A stretch of 64,000 bases of DNA from an uncultured delta proteobacterium (GTDB lineage: Bacteria; Desulfobacterota; Binatia; JACPRU01), in assembly GCA_963745025.1 (NCBI GenBank), contig CAVUWD010000011.1:64001-128000 (forward strand), read 5' to 3'. Position 1 is the first letter of the stretch. Each line of letters begins with the position of its first letter. Under the pieces are notes generated by a model. It ran no database searches. It had not been told where the DNA came from and saw nothing but the letters and a program-made list of their open reading frames with translations. The position numbers and the translations under genes are program-made. Of this stretch, positions 53,178-64,000 are shown piece by piece.

Positions 53178-53535
53178 CGAGGAAGCGTTCGCGCGAATCC
53201 TCAAGCTGAACCTCGAAGAGACCGGCAGCTACGAAGTCGACGTCGAGACCGACGGCACCAAAGCGGTCGCGGCGGCGCGCGCTTTTCAGCCGGACCTGAT
53301 TCTGCTCGACGTCGTCATGCCAGACACCGACGGCGGCACGATCGGCGGCGAGATCCTCGCGGACAAGCAGTTGCACAAGATCCCGATCATCTATCTGACG
53401 GCGGTGGTCTCCCGAAAGGAGCTCGGGGGCCCGTCCGGCGTAGTCGGCGGGCGGCTCTTCGTCGCCAAGCCGGTCGAGAAGCAAGCGCTCATTCAGCTGA
53501 TCGAAGAGCAGCTGGCGAAGTCACGGCCGCACTGA
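53146..53535 (+). CDS. Single-domain response regulator
   Basis: LLVDDE, PDLILLDVVMP, YLTA, AKPV. Confidence 0.9.
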   Translation: MPKKRLLLVDDEEAFARILKLNLEETGSYEVDVETDGTKAVAAARAFQPDLILLDVVMPDTDGGTIGGEILADKQLHKIPIIYLTAVVSRKELGGPSGVVGGRLFVAKPVEKQALIQLIEEQLAKSRPH

Positions 53536-53555
53536 GCCGCGGCGACTGGGCGATC

Positions 53556-54089
53556 TCAGGAGGCGAGGCACACGGCTTCGTCGCCGACGCTGCCGAGGTT
53601 TCCCTCGACCTCGAGCCCGGATCGGCAAGCGTCGGCTTCGGCAGCGCTCGCCATCGAGCAGCTCCCGTCGAAGATCGCGCCGTCGTGGATCACCAGCCGG
53701 GGTGCGGTAACCGTGCCGCGGAGTCTGCCGGTCGCACCGATCTCGACCCTCGCGGTGGCTTGGATGTCGGCTGTCACCTCTCCCTCGATGACGACTTCGT
53801 TTGCCTGGATCTTGGCCTCCACCCGGGCTCCCCGCCGGATGATCACGGCTTCGCCCGCCACGATCTCCCCTGCGACTTCTCCGTAGATCCGGATGCTGCC
53901 CTCGAATCGGAGCTTCCCCGAGACCTGGCTTCCCCTGCCGATCCGGCCGTTCGGCTCGTCGTCTTCCGCCTCGACGGCAATCTCCGTCGGAGCCGACGGC
54001 ATCGCCACGGAAGGAAGCGTCAGGTCTTCGACGGCGTATGACGAATCGATGACCCTCGGCTCTTCGTTCCTGTGCCTAAAAAGGCTCAT
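53556..54089 (-). CDS. Bactofilin (polymer-forming cytoskeletal protein)
   Basis: IGRGSQVSGKL.F.GSIRIYG.V.GEI, VVIEG.V, L.I.DGAIFDGSCSM. Confidence 0.88.
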   Translation of the reverse strand: MSLFRHRNEEPRVIDSSYAVEDLTLPSVAMPSAPTEIAVEAEDDEPNGRIGRGSQVSGKLRFEGSIRIYGEVAGEIVAGEAVIIRRGARVEAKIQANEVVIEGEVTADIQATARVEIGATGRLRGTVTAPRLVIHDGAIFDGSCSMASAAEADACRSGLEVEGNLGSVGDEAVCLAS

Positions 54090-54146
54090 TTATCCCCCCT
54101 CATGGTGATTGCGCCGGATCTCTAGCCCTTCAGCGATCAATTGACT

Positions 54147-54162
54147 AGCAAGGTTAATGCCG
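54147..54162 (-). promoter_or_regulatory. sigma54 promoter of the bactofilin gene
   Basis: Minus strand CGGCATTAACCTTGCT = GG-N10-GC with TTGCT. Confidence 0.6.
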
Positions 54163-54212
54163 ACCCTTCGGCGGCAATTCCTGGGAAAGCTCGAAAGAGG
54201 ATCTGACCAAGT

Positions 54213-55118
54213 CTGTCCACTCGCACGCTCAAAAAGGTACGTACCGCGCTGCTGGCCGTCGCCCTGCTCGGCGTCTCCTGCAGCGGAACGTTCCATTCGC
54301 CGCCTCCGGCACCACACTCGCCAGACCCGTCGGCATGGTCCAGGGCGGACCTGACGATCGCCTACCTCGGGCATGCCTCCGTGCTGATCGACTTCGGCGG
54401 TACCCTGCTCCTGACCGACCCCACTTTCTACGATCGTATCGGCGCCGCGCTCGGTCCGATCACGATCGGCCCGAAGCGCCTCGTCGCTCCGGCCCTCGCT
54501 CCACCCGAGATGCCAAATCTGGACGCCGTGCTGGTCACCCACGCCCACATGGACAGCCTCGATCGCCCCTCGCTGCGGTCCCTCTCTGCCACGCCACTAC
54601 TGGTCGTTCCCGAACGCACGAGGGACCTCGTCGACGATCTCGGCTATCCGCGGGTCGTCGAGCTCGGTTGGGGAAAGCAAATCGCGGCGCCCGACGTCGT
54701 AATCGAGGCCGTGCCGATCCGCCATTGGGGCCGGCGATGGCCATGGGAGCGCTCGCGCGGCTACGACGGCTATCTCCTCTCTCGCGGCGACGTGCGTGTC
54801 CTGTTCGCGAGCGACACCGCCTATAGCCCCGAGCTCGCCGCCTATGCGAAGCGACGCCAGGTGACGGTGGCGATCCTCGGCATCGGCGCGTACGACCCGT
54901 GGATTTGGAACCACGAGAGCCCGGAGGAGGCGTGGCAGACGTTCGTGGAAAGCGGCGCACGCTACCTCATCCCCGTCCATTGGGACACGTTCCGCCTCGG
55001 CAAGGAGCCGGTCGGCGAAGCGATGCGCCGGCTCCTGGCTGTGGCCGGACCGCAGGCGAGCCGCGTGGTGATTCGCGAGATCGGCGAGACCTGGACGATC
55101 AGGCTCGGCGGGAGCTGA
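54213..55118 (+). CDS. MBL-fold metallo-hydrolase, probable lipoprotein (probable CTG start)
   Basis: YLGHASVLI, LTDP, THAHMDSLD, PVHWDTF. The frame is open upstream through the signal peptide/lipobox KKVRTALLAVALLGVSC to CTG 54213. Confidence 0.8.
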   Translation: MSTRTLKKVRTALLAVALLGVSCSGTFHSPPPAPHSPDPSAWSRADLTIAYLGHASVLIDFGGTLLLTDPTFYDRIGAALGPITIGPKRLVAPALAPPEMPNLDAVLVTHAHMDSLDRPSLRSLSATPLLVVPERTRDLVDDLGYPRVVELGWGKQIAAPDVVIEAVPIRHWGRRWPWERSRGYDGYLLSRGDVRVLFASDTAYSPELAAYAKRRQVTVAILGIGAYDPWIWNHESPEEAWQTFVESGARYLIPVHWDTFRLGKEPVGEAMRRLLAVAGPQASRVVIREIGETWTIRLGGS

Positions 55119-55162
55119 CAAGGGAGCGCTTCGAACGCGTCGCGACGTTGGCTTTGATGAGA

Positions 55163-55275
55163 GCGGGGCATGTTCCTGTCGACCCGTACTTGGGTTGACA
55201 GGAACATGCCCCGCCGCGCGGAAGCGCGGAAAGCAATAGCACGCCCGGGAATCGAACCTTCCCGCGCTTCGCGTT
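55163..55275. mobile_element. MITE-like hairpin element, copy F (partial)
   Basis: 48-nt hairpin 55165-55212 (core CCCGTACTTGGG), then mini-hairpin CCGCGC-GGAA-GCGCGG and AAAGCAATA. TIRs not clear. Confidence 0.75.
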
Positions 55276-55312
55276 GCTCTTCATCCTTCAGCCCGAGCTT
55301 GAGTTCGCTGAC

Positions 55313-55906
55313 TTACCGCGCGCTCCGAGTCCTCTGCCGCAGTCGCTTCCAGATCGCGTCGATCTCGCTCCGTCGGAAAAGCGCCGCGGCGCGGACGGCG
55401 CCGACTTCGGCCCCGATCGCCTCCATGCCGCCTTCCTCCCGATCGACGAGGGCGACGACACGTTCGACGCGAAAGCCCTCCTCGCGGCAGCGAGCGATCG
55501 CGCGCAACGTCGAATCGCCGGTCGTGACGACGTCTTCGACCACGGCGACCCGCGATTTCGCGCGCACCGCGCCCTCCACCCAGCGCTGCATGCCGTGCGA
55601 CTTGGCCTCCTTCCGCACCGAGAACGCCGCGACCGGACGACCACGACCTTGGCTGTAGTAGGCGACGGCACAGGCGATCGGGTCCGCGCCCATGGTGAGC
55701 CCACCGACCGCGTCGACGGCGCCGCGAATGCGCTCGAACACGAGCCGGCCGATCAGCGGCATCGCCTCGGGGAGCATCGTCGTGCGCCGGCAATCGAAGT
55801 AGAAGGGACTCGTCTTTCCGGAGGAAAGCACGAAGGGCTTGCGCGGCCGGTAGAAGACGGAATGTGTGGCGAGGAGCGCGGCGAGTGACTCTTCCCTCGA
55901 TGTCAT
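55313..55906 (-). CDS. pyrE: Orotate phosphoribosyltransferase
   Basis: FVLSSGKTS.FYFDCR, GGLTMGADP, VRKEAK.HG, VVEDVVTTG.S, VDREEG. Confidence 0.95.
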   Translation of the reverse strand: MTSREESLAALLATHSVFYRPRKPFVLSSGKTSPFYFDCRRTTMLPEAMPLIGRLVFERIRGAVDAVGGLTMGADPIACAVAYYSQGRGRPVAAFSVRKEAKSHGMQRWVEGAVRAKSRVAVVEDVVTTGDSTLRAIARCREEGFRVERVVALVDREEGGMEAIGAEVGAVRAAALFRRSEIDAIWKRLRQRTRSAR

Positions 55907-55940
55907 CGGCCAAGTATAGGTACAATTGATCGTTGCTTCC

Positions 55941-57131
55941 ATGAGTCCGAACCTCAAGGGAAGATACGCAATCGCTGGGCTCGGTCTGACACGCATGGGC
56001 CGGGTCTACGATTCGCCGATGGGCTTCGCCGTCGAAGCCGTGCGCCTCGCTCTCGAAGACGCGGGCCTCGATCGGCACGACCTCGACGGCCTCTTGCTGA
56101 ATCCCGGCATCGCCTGGGCGGACACCGCCATGGGCTCATTCGCCTTGCAGCAAGCGCTCGGTCTGCGCGACGTCCGCTACTCGGTCGCCATGAACCTCGG
56201 CGGCGCGACCGCGGCGGCGATGGTGCAGCAAGCCGTGATGGCGATCGACGCCGGCCTCGCCTCGACGGTTGCCTGCGTGTTCTCGGACGCCCCCCTGAAG
56301 CCTCCGAAGCCTGCCGGCGACGGGAAGAAGCAAGCGGCAGGGTCCGGTGGATCGGCTTCGGCCTACGCGTTCGCGCGCGGCCTCAACGCCGCCTACGGAC
56401 AGTTCGGAGTAAACGCGCTCTACGCTCTGGTCGCCAGGCGCCACATGCATCGCTACGGCACCACCAACGATCACCTCGGGGCCGTGGCCGTCGCGGAGCG
56501 CGCCTGGGCGAACCGCAACCCGGCCGCACAGTTCTACGAAGCGCCGCTCACGCTCGACGAGTACCATCGCTCGCGCTGGATCGTGGAGCCCTTCCACTTG
56601 CTCGACTGCTGCCTGGTTTCGAACGGTGGTGCCGCGGTGATCGTCACCAGCGCCGAGCGTGCGCGAAATCTCCGCCAGCCACCGGCCTACATCTGGGGTT
56701 TCGGCCAGGGGCACCCCGGAGGTGACCCCATCGATACCCTGACGTCGGGCGCGCCGCTCGCCAAGCAAGTCGCCTTTCGGATGGCCGGAATCGACACTGC
56801 CGACGTCGACGTTGCCGAGGTCTACGATTGCTATACCTTCACGGTGCTCGTCACCCTAGAAGACTACGGGTTTTGCCCGAAGGGTGAGTCGGGGCCGTTC
56901 GTGGCAGACGGATCGATCGGCCCGGGCGGTCGCCTACCGGTGAACACCGGGGGCGGCCAATTGTCGAGCTTCTACATGTGGGGCATGACACCGGTTTCGG
57001 AGGGCGTGATCCAGGCGCGCGGCCAAGGCGGAACTCGCCAAGTCGAGCGGCGGAACGTCATCCTGGTGTCGGGCAACGGGGGGATTCTGTCCATGCACTC
57101 GACGCTCGTTCTGAGCCCACTCTCCTCGTGA
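55941..57131 (+). CDS. Thiolase-superfamily protein (SCP-x/Ltp2-like)
   Basis: NRNPAA, LLDCCLVSNGGAA, VYDCYTF..LVTLEDYGFC.KGE, LPVNTGGGQLS.FY. Confidence 0.88.
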   Translation: MSPNLKGRYAIAGLGLTRMGRVYDSPMGFAVEAVRLALEDAGLDRHDLDGLLLNPGIAWADTAMGSFALQQALGLRDVRYSVAMNLGGATAAAMVQQAVMAIDAGLASTVACVFSDAPLKPPKPAGDGKKQAAGSGGSASAYAFARGLNAAYGQFGVNALYALVARRHMHRYGTTNDHLGAVAVAERAWANRNPAAQFYEAPLTLDEYHRSRWIVEPFHLLDCCLVSNGGAAVIVTSAERARNLRQPPAYIWGFGQGHPGGDPIDTLTSGAPLAKQVAFRMAGIDTADVDVAEVYDCYTFTVLVTLEDYGFCPKGESGPFVADGSIGPGGRLPVNTGGGQLSSFYMWGMTPVSEGVIQARGQGGTRQVERRNVILVSGNGGILSMHSTLVLSPLSS

Positions 57132-57541
57132 TGACCGATTCGCAAAAGCCGGTTCCGGAGGTCACCGAGGAACTGCGTCCGTTCTTTGCCGCGGCCCGCG
57201 AGGGGCGGCTCGTCGTGCAGCGCTGCAAGGGCTGCGGTCAGCGCCGGTTCCCGCCGCGTGAGATTTGCAGCGGCTGCCTCGGCCGCGACGCCGAGTGGGT
57301 CGCCTCGTCCGGGCGCGGCACGATCGTCAGCTTCAACGTCATGCACCAAGTCTACCATCCCGGGTTCGCCTCCGAAGTCCCGTACGCCATCGTCCTCGTG
57401 GAGCTCGAGGAAGGCGGGAGACTGCTCACCAACCTGATCGGCTGTCCGCTCGAGCGGGTGCGCGTCGGTTTGCCGGTCGAGGTCGCGTTCGAGAAGCGCA
57501 CCGACGAGATCTCCTTGCCGCAGTTCAAACCTCGGCCCTGA
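57131..57541 (+). CDS. DUF35 Zn-ribbon/OB-fold protein
   Basis: QRCKGCG..RFPPREICSGC, SGRGTI, PY...LVELEEG, VGLPVEV.F. Confidence 0.92.
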   Translation: MTDSQKPVPEVTEELRPFFAAAREGRLVVQRCKGCGQRRFPPREICSGCLGRDAEWVASSGRGTIVSFNVMHQVYHPGFASEVPYAIVLVELEEGGRLLTNLIGCPLERVRVGLPVEVAFEKRTDEISLPQFKPRP

Positions 57542-57545
57542 AGCG

Positions 57546-58565
57546 ATGAAGATCGCAATCGATCTCGGCACGACCTACTCGGTCGTCTACGTCATCGGCC
57601 GCGGGGTGGTGCTCCGCGAGCCTTCGGCGGTCGCCGTTCACAAGGAGAGCGGTGAGGTCATCGCCTACGGCGACAAGGCGCGCGGCATGCTCGGGCGCGT
57701 CCCGGAGTCGATCGAAGTGATCCGCCCGCTGCGCGACGGTGTCATTGTTCATTTCGAGGCGGCGCGGGAGATCCTCCGTCATTTCATCGAGGTGGCCACC
57801 GAACAGCGCTGGATCAAGCGCTCGCAGGTCGTCATCTGCGTGCCCCACGGGGCCACGCCGGTCGAGATGGACAGCTTGAAGCGCGAGTCACTGGCGGCGG
57901 GCGCGCATCGCGTGGATCTCGTGAAGGAGCCCTTTGCCGCCGCGCTCGGGGCCGGGTTGGCGATCGGCGAGCCGCGCGGGAATCTGATCGTCGACGTCGG
58001 CGGCGGCACGACCGAAGCGACCGCGATCTCGCTGAACAACATCGTGCACTGCGAATCGCTGCGCATGGCGGGAAACGCCATGGACCAGGCCATCGAGGAG
58101 CATTTCCGCGCCCGCCACCACTTCGCGATCGGCGAGACGACCGCGGAGCGGATCAAGATTCAGCATGGCTCGGTCACGCCGCCCGACCCCGATCTGCCCG
58201 TGGACGTCAAGGGATTGAACCTCCGCAATGGATGCCCCGGCGTCCTGCGGGTGCCGTCGAGCGAGATTGTCGAGGCGCTCGAGCCGATCCAGCGCCAGAT
58301 CGTCGAAGCGATTCGCCGCACGATCGAACACCTCCCTCCCGAGCTCGCCGGAGACGTTCTCACCGAAGGGGGCGCGATGGTGGGCGGCGGGGCGCTGCTG
58401 CGAGGCTGGTCGCGTAGGCTGCAAGAAGCGCTCGGCCTGCCGATCCGCATCGACGAAGACCCGCTGATGGCCGTCACTCGGGGCTTGATCCGCATCCTGG
58501 AGGATCGCAGCCGCTTCTCCGACCTGATCCTCAACTCCGAGTATCAAGCCGCATTCGCCGCGTGA
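57546..58565 (+). CDS. mreB: MreB-like actin homolog (paralog outside an mreBCD operon)
   Basis: IDLGTT, EPSAVA, IRPLRDGVI, EPFAAALGAGL, DVGGGTTE, IGETTAERIK, PPEL, GGGALL. Confidence 0.85.
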   Translation: MKIAIDLGTTYSVVYVIGRGVVLREPSAVAVHKESGEVIAYGDKARGMLGRVPESIEVIRPLRDGVIVHFEAAREILRHFIEVATEQRWIKRSQVVICVPHGATPVEMDSLKRESLAAGAHRVDLVKEPFAAALGAGLAIGEPRGNLIVDVGGGTTEATAISLNNIVHCESLRMAGNAMDQAIEEHFRARHHFAIGETTAERIKIQHGSVTPPDPDLPVDVKGLNLRNGCPGVLRVPSSEIVEALEPIQRQIVEAIRRTIEHLPPELAGDVLTEGGAMVGGGALLRGWSRRLQEALGLPIRIDEDPLMAVTRGLIRILEDRSRFSDLILNSEYQAAFAA

Positions 58566-58574
58566 GGCGAGAAG

Positions 58575-58834
58575 GCTCCGGGCTACAGGAAAGGATTTGC
58601 GAAGGCCTTGCCCATAGCCTGAAGCCCGAAACCTCTTTGTCGTCTTGCCGGGGTCGTTCGGGCCCAAGATGGTCAAGCTCCCTCCGCGTAAGGACTTCGA
58701 GATCGAGGTCGGCGAGCGCCCGCAGGCACGGAGACGAAGCGCCTGCCCAGCCCCGCGGCCTCCACGACGGGCTACGGCTGCGGGAGGAATCGCCTTGAGC
58801 CTTTCCCATAGCCCGTAGCCTGAAGCCTGCAACC
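58575..58834. repeat. Two heptamer-armed hairpins bracketing a gene fragment
   Basis: GGCTCCG-GGCTACA ... CATAGCC-TGAAGCC-CGAAACC (58575-58633) and GGCTACG ... CATAGCC-CGTAGCC-TGAAGCC-TGCAACC (58770-58834). Confidence 0.65.
58638..58730 (-). pseudogene. ABC-transporter ATPase N-terminal fragment
   Basis: LRALADLDLEV, then a frameshift, then RGGSLTILGPNDPGKTT (degenerate Walker A GPNGAGKTT). Confidence 0.6.
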
Positions 58835-58857
58835 CAATTCTATGTTACAAAACATGC

Positions 58858-60464
58858 ATGTTCTCGATCCGCGGCAAATTGCTGATCTATGCGCTCGAGA
58901 TCGTCGCCGCCGCGATCCTGCTGCTATCGATGCCTCCCCAGGACTGGTGGGTGCAAGTGGGCTTCGCAGCGCTCGCGGTGAGCGCGGTGGTGCTGGCGGT
59001 CCTGATGGGTCACACGATCGCCAGGGCGGTCGACGACCTGGTCGCGTCGACGCGTCGGATCGGCGAGGGGGACTACGACGTTTCCGTGCCGATTCACACA
59101 TCCGACGAGATCAGCGTTCTCGCCCGCGAAATCGACCACATGCGTGTGCTGCTGCGCGACAAAGTCCGACAGCTCGAGGAGCTGAACCGCGACCTCGAAC
59201 GCAAGGTCGAGAGGCGAACCGAGGAGCTCCGCAACGCCAACGAGCGCCTGTCGCTCATCCACGAGGTCACCAACGCGGTGAATTCGAGTCTCGATTTTCC
59301 ACGCATTTTCGAGGCGGTCGTCGAGGGCACGCGGCGTCTGGTCGACTTCGACCAGGCCTCGATCGCGCGCATCACGGACGCTGAGACCGCAACGGTATTC
59401 GCCATGTCGGGCAGCCGCGAGGCACTGAGCGAAGGCAAAAAAATCCACTTGCCAGCCTCCCGGTTCTCCGACGTGCTCGAGCGCCGCCTGCCGGCCGTTT
59501 TCGACGTGCCGCTCGGCCGCGTCGAGGCCGACACTCTCAGGATGTCCGCGATCCGCCGCGAGATCGTCCTTCCCCTGGTCGTCGGCGATCAGGTGATCGG
59601 CACCTTCAACCTGGGAAGCCGCCGGCAGGACGCCTTCTCGCGTCCAGAGATCGAGGTGCTGTCGCAGATCGCCACGGAGCTAGGCGTGGCGCTCCTGCAA
59701 GCCGCGGCCTACGAACGGGAGCATCAAGCGGGGCAGAAGCTGAAGGAGCTCTCCGATCTCAAGTCCGAGTTCGTCTCCAAGGTCTCGCACGAGCTCCGCA
59801 CGCCGCTCACTTCGATCATGGGTGCGGCCGACAACTTGCTCGACGGCATCGCGGGGCCGCTCGACGAGCGGCCCCGCGCCTATCTCGCGCGCATCAAGGA
59901 GAACGGTGATCGGCTGCTGCGCTTGATCAACGAGCTGCTCGACCTGGCACGCATCGAGGCCGGCAAGGAGGAGATCCGCGCTACACGCTTCCGGCTCGAC
60001 TCGCTCATTCAAGAGACGCTCGAGACCCTCAAGCCGGTCGCAGATGAGCGCGGCGTAGCGCTGGCTGTCCCCGGGCCCCCGCCCCTCGTGATCCGCGCCG
60101 ACCGGGACAAGATCTCGCGCGTGCTGATCAATCTGATACACAACGGGATCAAGTTCACTCCCTCGGGAGGACGAGTCGAAATTCGTGCGAGCGACGAAGG
60201 CGATTGGGTGACGGTGGCGATCCACGACAGCGGCGTCGGGATTCCATCGGGAGAGATCGAACGGATCTTCGACAAGTTTCACCAGGTGAGAGGCGCGCGA
60301 GGCCGCGGCGCGGCGAGTAGCGGCCTCGGCCTGCCGATCAGCCGCCAGCTCGTCGAAATGCACGGAGGGCGCCTCACCGCCGAGAGCGGGGAGGGGCGAG
60401 GTAGCACTTTCACGATGGTGTTGCCGGTGTCGGCGCGGGCGAAGCCTCTGATCGAAGCGGAGAC

Positions 60465-60480
<16 letters not shown>
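58858..60480 (+). CDS. HAMP-GAF sensor histidine kinase
   Basis: 2 TM helices, HAMP (DEISVLA), GAF, VSHELRTPL, NLIHNGIKFT, DSGVGI, GLGLPI. Confidence 0.92.
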
Positions 60481-61822
<1,342 letters not shown>

Positions 61823-61826
<4 letters not shown>

Positions 61827-63580
61827 CCCATCGCCCGCTGAGGCCGAGCGGGCTGGCGCTGCGTTGGGGAGCGCTGTGGGGCATGGCGCTCGGCTTCGGG
61901 TTGCTCGCGCCCCGGCTGCTCGCCTTCCATCGTCTGGCCCCGGCGGCGGCCCTCGAGTGGCTCGTTCTCGATCTCAGCCTCGCATCGCTGTTCGCGATCC
62001 TGGGGGCGCTTCTCGGCTTCTGCGGCTGCGCTCCGCTCGTGATCGGCGAAGTGGTCGGCCGGCGGCGGTTTGGCGATCGATCGCTCGCCTACGGGCTCGG
62101 CATCGCCTTCTTTGGACCCCTCGCCTACCTGGCAGCGGCGCTCGGCATCGAGGCGCTCACCCTGGTCTCGCCGATCGAGCTCGGTCGCTACCTTTCCGTC
62201 CTCCTTCCTTCGGCAGCGGCGCTGCTTGCCGCGGGTCCCGTCCTCATTCTCCTCTATCGCCGCCTCGCCGGCCGCGCAAAGGCGGAGGTTCTGCGCGACG
62301 TTCTGGTTGCCGCGACGCTCGCCGGCTTCGTCTTCCTGCCGCTTCGTGCGGGCCGCGCGCCGACGCCGGCCAGCCACGCCGCTACCGGGCTTTCCCCCGT
62401 TTCCGGCCAGCGCGCGGCGCCAGCACCTCTGCTGGTCGTAGGCATCGACGGGGGCAATTGGTCAACGCTGCAGTCGCTGCTCGATCGCGGCGAGCTGCCC
62501 ACGCTCGCGAGCATCGTCGATCGCGGAATCCGCGGCAGCGTCGCGGCCATCTGGCCACCCTACTGGTCGTCTCCGGGCTGGGCGGCGATCCTCACCGGCT
62601 TTCCCCGCGAGGAGACGGGGATCTATGAGGATCTCGCCGCGCGTGCGCCTGGCCTTCCCGAGTTTCAGGTCCCCCTGACGCTCGATTTCGCGCTCGAGCC
62701 TCTGACCGCCGGAGCCTTCGTCCTGGCGCAGGCGGGCATGATCGAGCTCGCCCAGCCGAGCCGCCGAGCGCTCGCGCAACCGCCTTTCTGGGAGCTCTTC
62801 GAGCGCTCGGGCCTGAAAACAGCGGTGGTGAGGTTCCCCTTCACCTCCCCCGCGAGCAACCGCTCCGGTTACATGATCGCGGATCGCGTCGGACGCGACA
62901 CATGGTCGCTGCTCGGCATACGCGGCGACGAGGGGCCGGAGGCCGTGTGGCCTCCAGCCGAGGCCACACGACTCCTCGCTTCTTTCTCGAAGCCGCTCGA
63001 CCCAGTGGGCTTCTCCGATCTCGTCCCGCGCCGCGGCCGGCCGCAGCCGCCAGACGCTCTCCGCGACCCGCTCGAAAGCCTCGAGATCGCGCTCGCGATC
63101 GATCAGCAGACGTTCGAAGCGTCCCAAACGATCGTCCGGGCGCATGCCGAGGTAGCGGTGGTGGCCGCCTATCTCGGCGGCCTCGACGGGATCTGCCACG
63201 CGTTCTGGCAGTACCGCTTCCCCCGTGAGTTTCCCGAGTCGCCGCCGGCGGCCCGTGACGTCGCCGAGCTCGGTGGGGTAATCGATCGATACTGGAAGTT
63301 CCTCGACGGCGGCCTCGGGCAGCTGATCGCCGCCTTTCCACGCCCGCCCAACGTCGTGGTGGTGGCTGACCACGGCATGGAATCGATCCACACGATGCGG
63401 CTGTGGAAAGGCTGGCACTCGTCGCGGGGCGGTATCTTCCTCGCTGCGGGGCCGGACGTCCCGCAGCGGAGGGACGAGGTGATCGTCTCGTACTTCGACA
63501 TCGTGCCGACCCTGGCCGACGTCATGGGATTCGCCGCGCCTGAGGCGATGCGTGGCAGGTCTTTGCTGCGTGGCCCCTGA
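61823..63580 (+). CDS. Membrane-anchored alkaline phosphatase/nucleotide pyrophosphatase superfamily protein
   Basis: N-terminal TM helices, VVGIDG, SSPGW..ILTG, D.ICH.FW, VADHGM, H...GIF...GP, DIVPT. Confidence 0.8.
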
Positions 63581-63609
63581 CCGGTCGAGGTTTGCGCTTC
63601 GCCGCCTTC

Positions 63610-63999
63610 TCAGCGATACGTCACGATGTTCGAGACGACGAAGAAGAGGTTCCCGACCGCGTGACCCAGCAGCCCCGGTAGCAGAGTCCGGTACCGCTCG
63701 ATGCCGAAGGCGAGCACGAGCCCCGTCCAGAAGAGCGGCAGCGCGGCCGTGAGCGAGTAGAGATGAGCCTCCGCGAAGAGAGCGGCGCTCGCCACAGCGG
63801 CGACCGGCGGACGCACGATCTGCCGCAGCGTCAGGTAGACCAAGCCACGAAACGTCAGCTCTTCGGCGAAAGGTGCGAACAAGACCGCGTTCACGCTAGC
63901 CAAGAAAACTCGCGGCGGAGTGTCCGTGAGCGTCGGATCGAAGTAGAGGGCGCTGAGATCCGCGTCGGTTCCGAGATAGCTGAAGAATGCGTCGAGGGC
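63610..63999 (-). CDS. CPBP (CAAX/Abi) family intramembrane protease (5'-partial)
   Basis: APFAEEL.FRG, SAALFAEAH, H...N; the frame is open to the window edge. Confidence 0.85.
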   Translation of the reverse strand, partial: ALDAFFSYLGTDADLSALYFDPTLTDTPPRVFLASVNAVLFAPFAEELTFRGLVYLTLRQIVRPPVAAVASAALFAEAHLYSLTAALPLFWTGLVLAFGIERYRTLLPGLLGHAVGNLFFVVSNIVTYR

Positions 64000-64000
64000 C

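Noticed and set aside
63610-63999. Abi-domain gene as abortive-infection defence
   Set aside because: It is a CPBP/CAAX protease family member; the name does not imply defence, and no defence context is present.

Overview
A 64-kb, very GC-rich bacterial chromosomal segment. The gene repertoire (lpxA, TonB receptor, sigma54 regulators, CoA-metabolism paralogs) suggests a diderm Deltaproteobacteria-like lineage such as Candidatus Binatia; this is inference only. Core content: biotin-dependent acyl-CoA carboxylase and methylmalonyl-CoA mutase; a fused, frameshifted PntA2-PntB transhydrogenase; the speA/aguA/aguB putrescine route; ligA, rsmI, rlmE, asnS, asd, pyrE, lpxA, yacG; a cobalamin-riboswitch-controlled btuBFCD-cobSUT salvage operon; two two-component systems; an MreB paralog and a bactofilin. 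No rRNA, tRNA, CRISPR array or transposase gene was found. Most notable: (1) six copies of a ~250-bp MITE-like element with 16-bp GTAA-type terminal inverted repeats and 8-bp target duplications, carrying fixed-geometry 48-nt hairpins (18-bp arm / 12-nt conserved core / 18-bp arm) whose arm sequences differ between copies yet stay complementary; (2) a six-gene operon (HAD, NTP transferase, ITPK1-like ATP-grasp, class-III aminotransferase, Gfo/Idh/MocA, CDP-alcohol phosphotransferase) that may make an amino-cyclitol phospholipid or solute; (3) two candidate sRNAs, one behind a sigma70-type and one behind a sigma54-type promoter; (4) heptamer-armed hairpin repeats, collapsed gene remnants, two probable CTG starts and many leaderless-type genes. 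All calls are by eye; no database searches were run.
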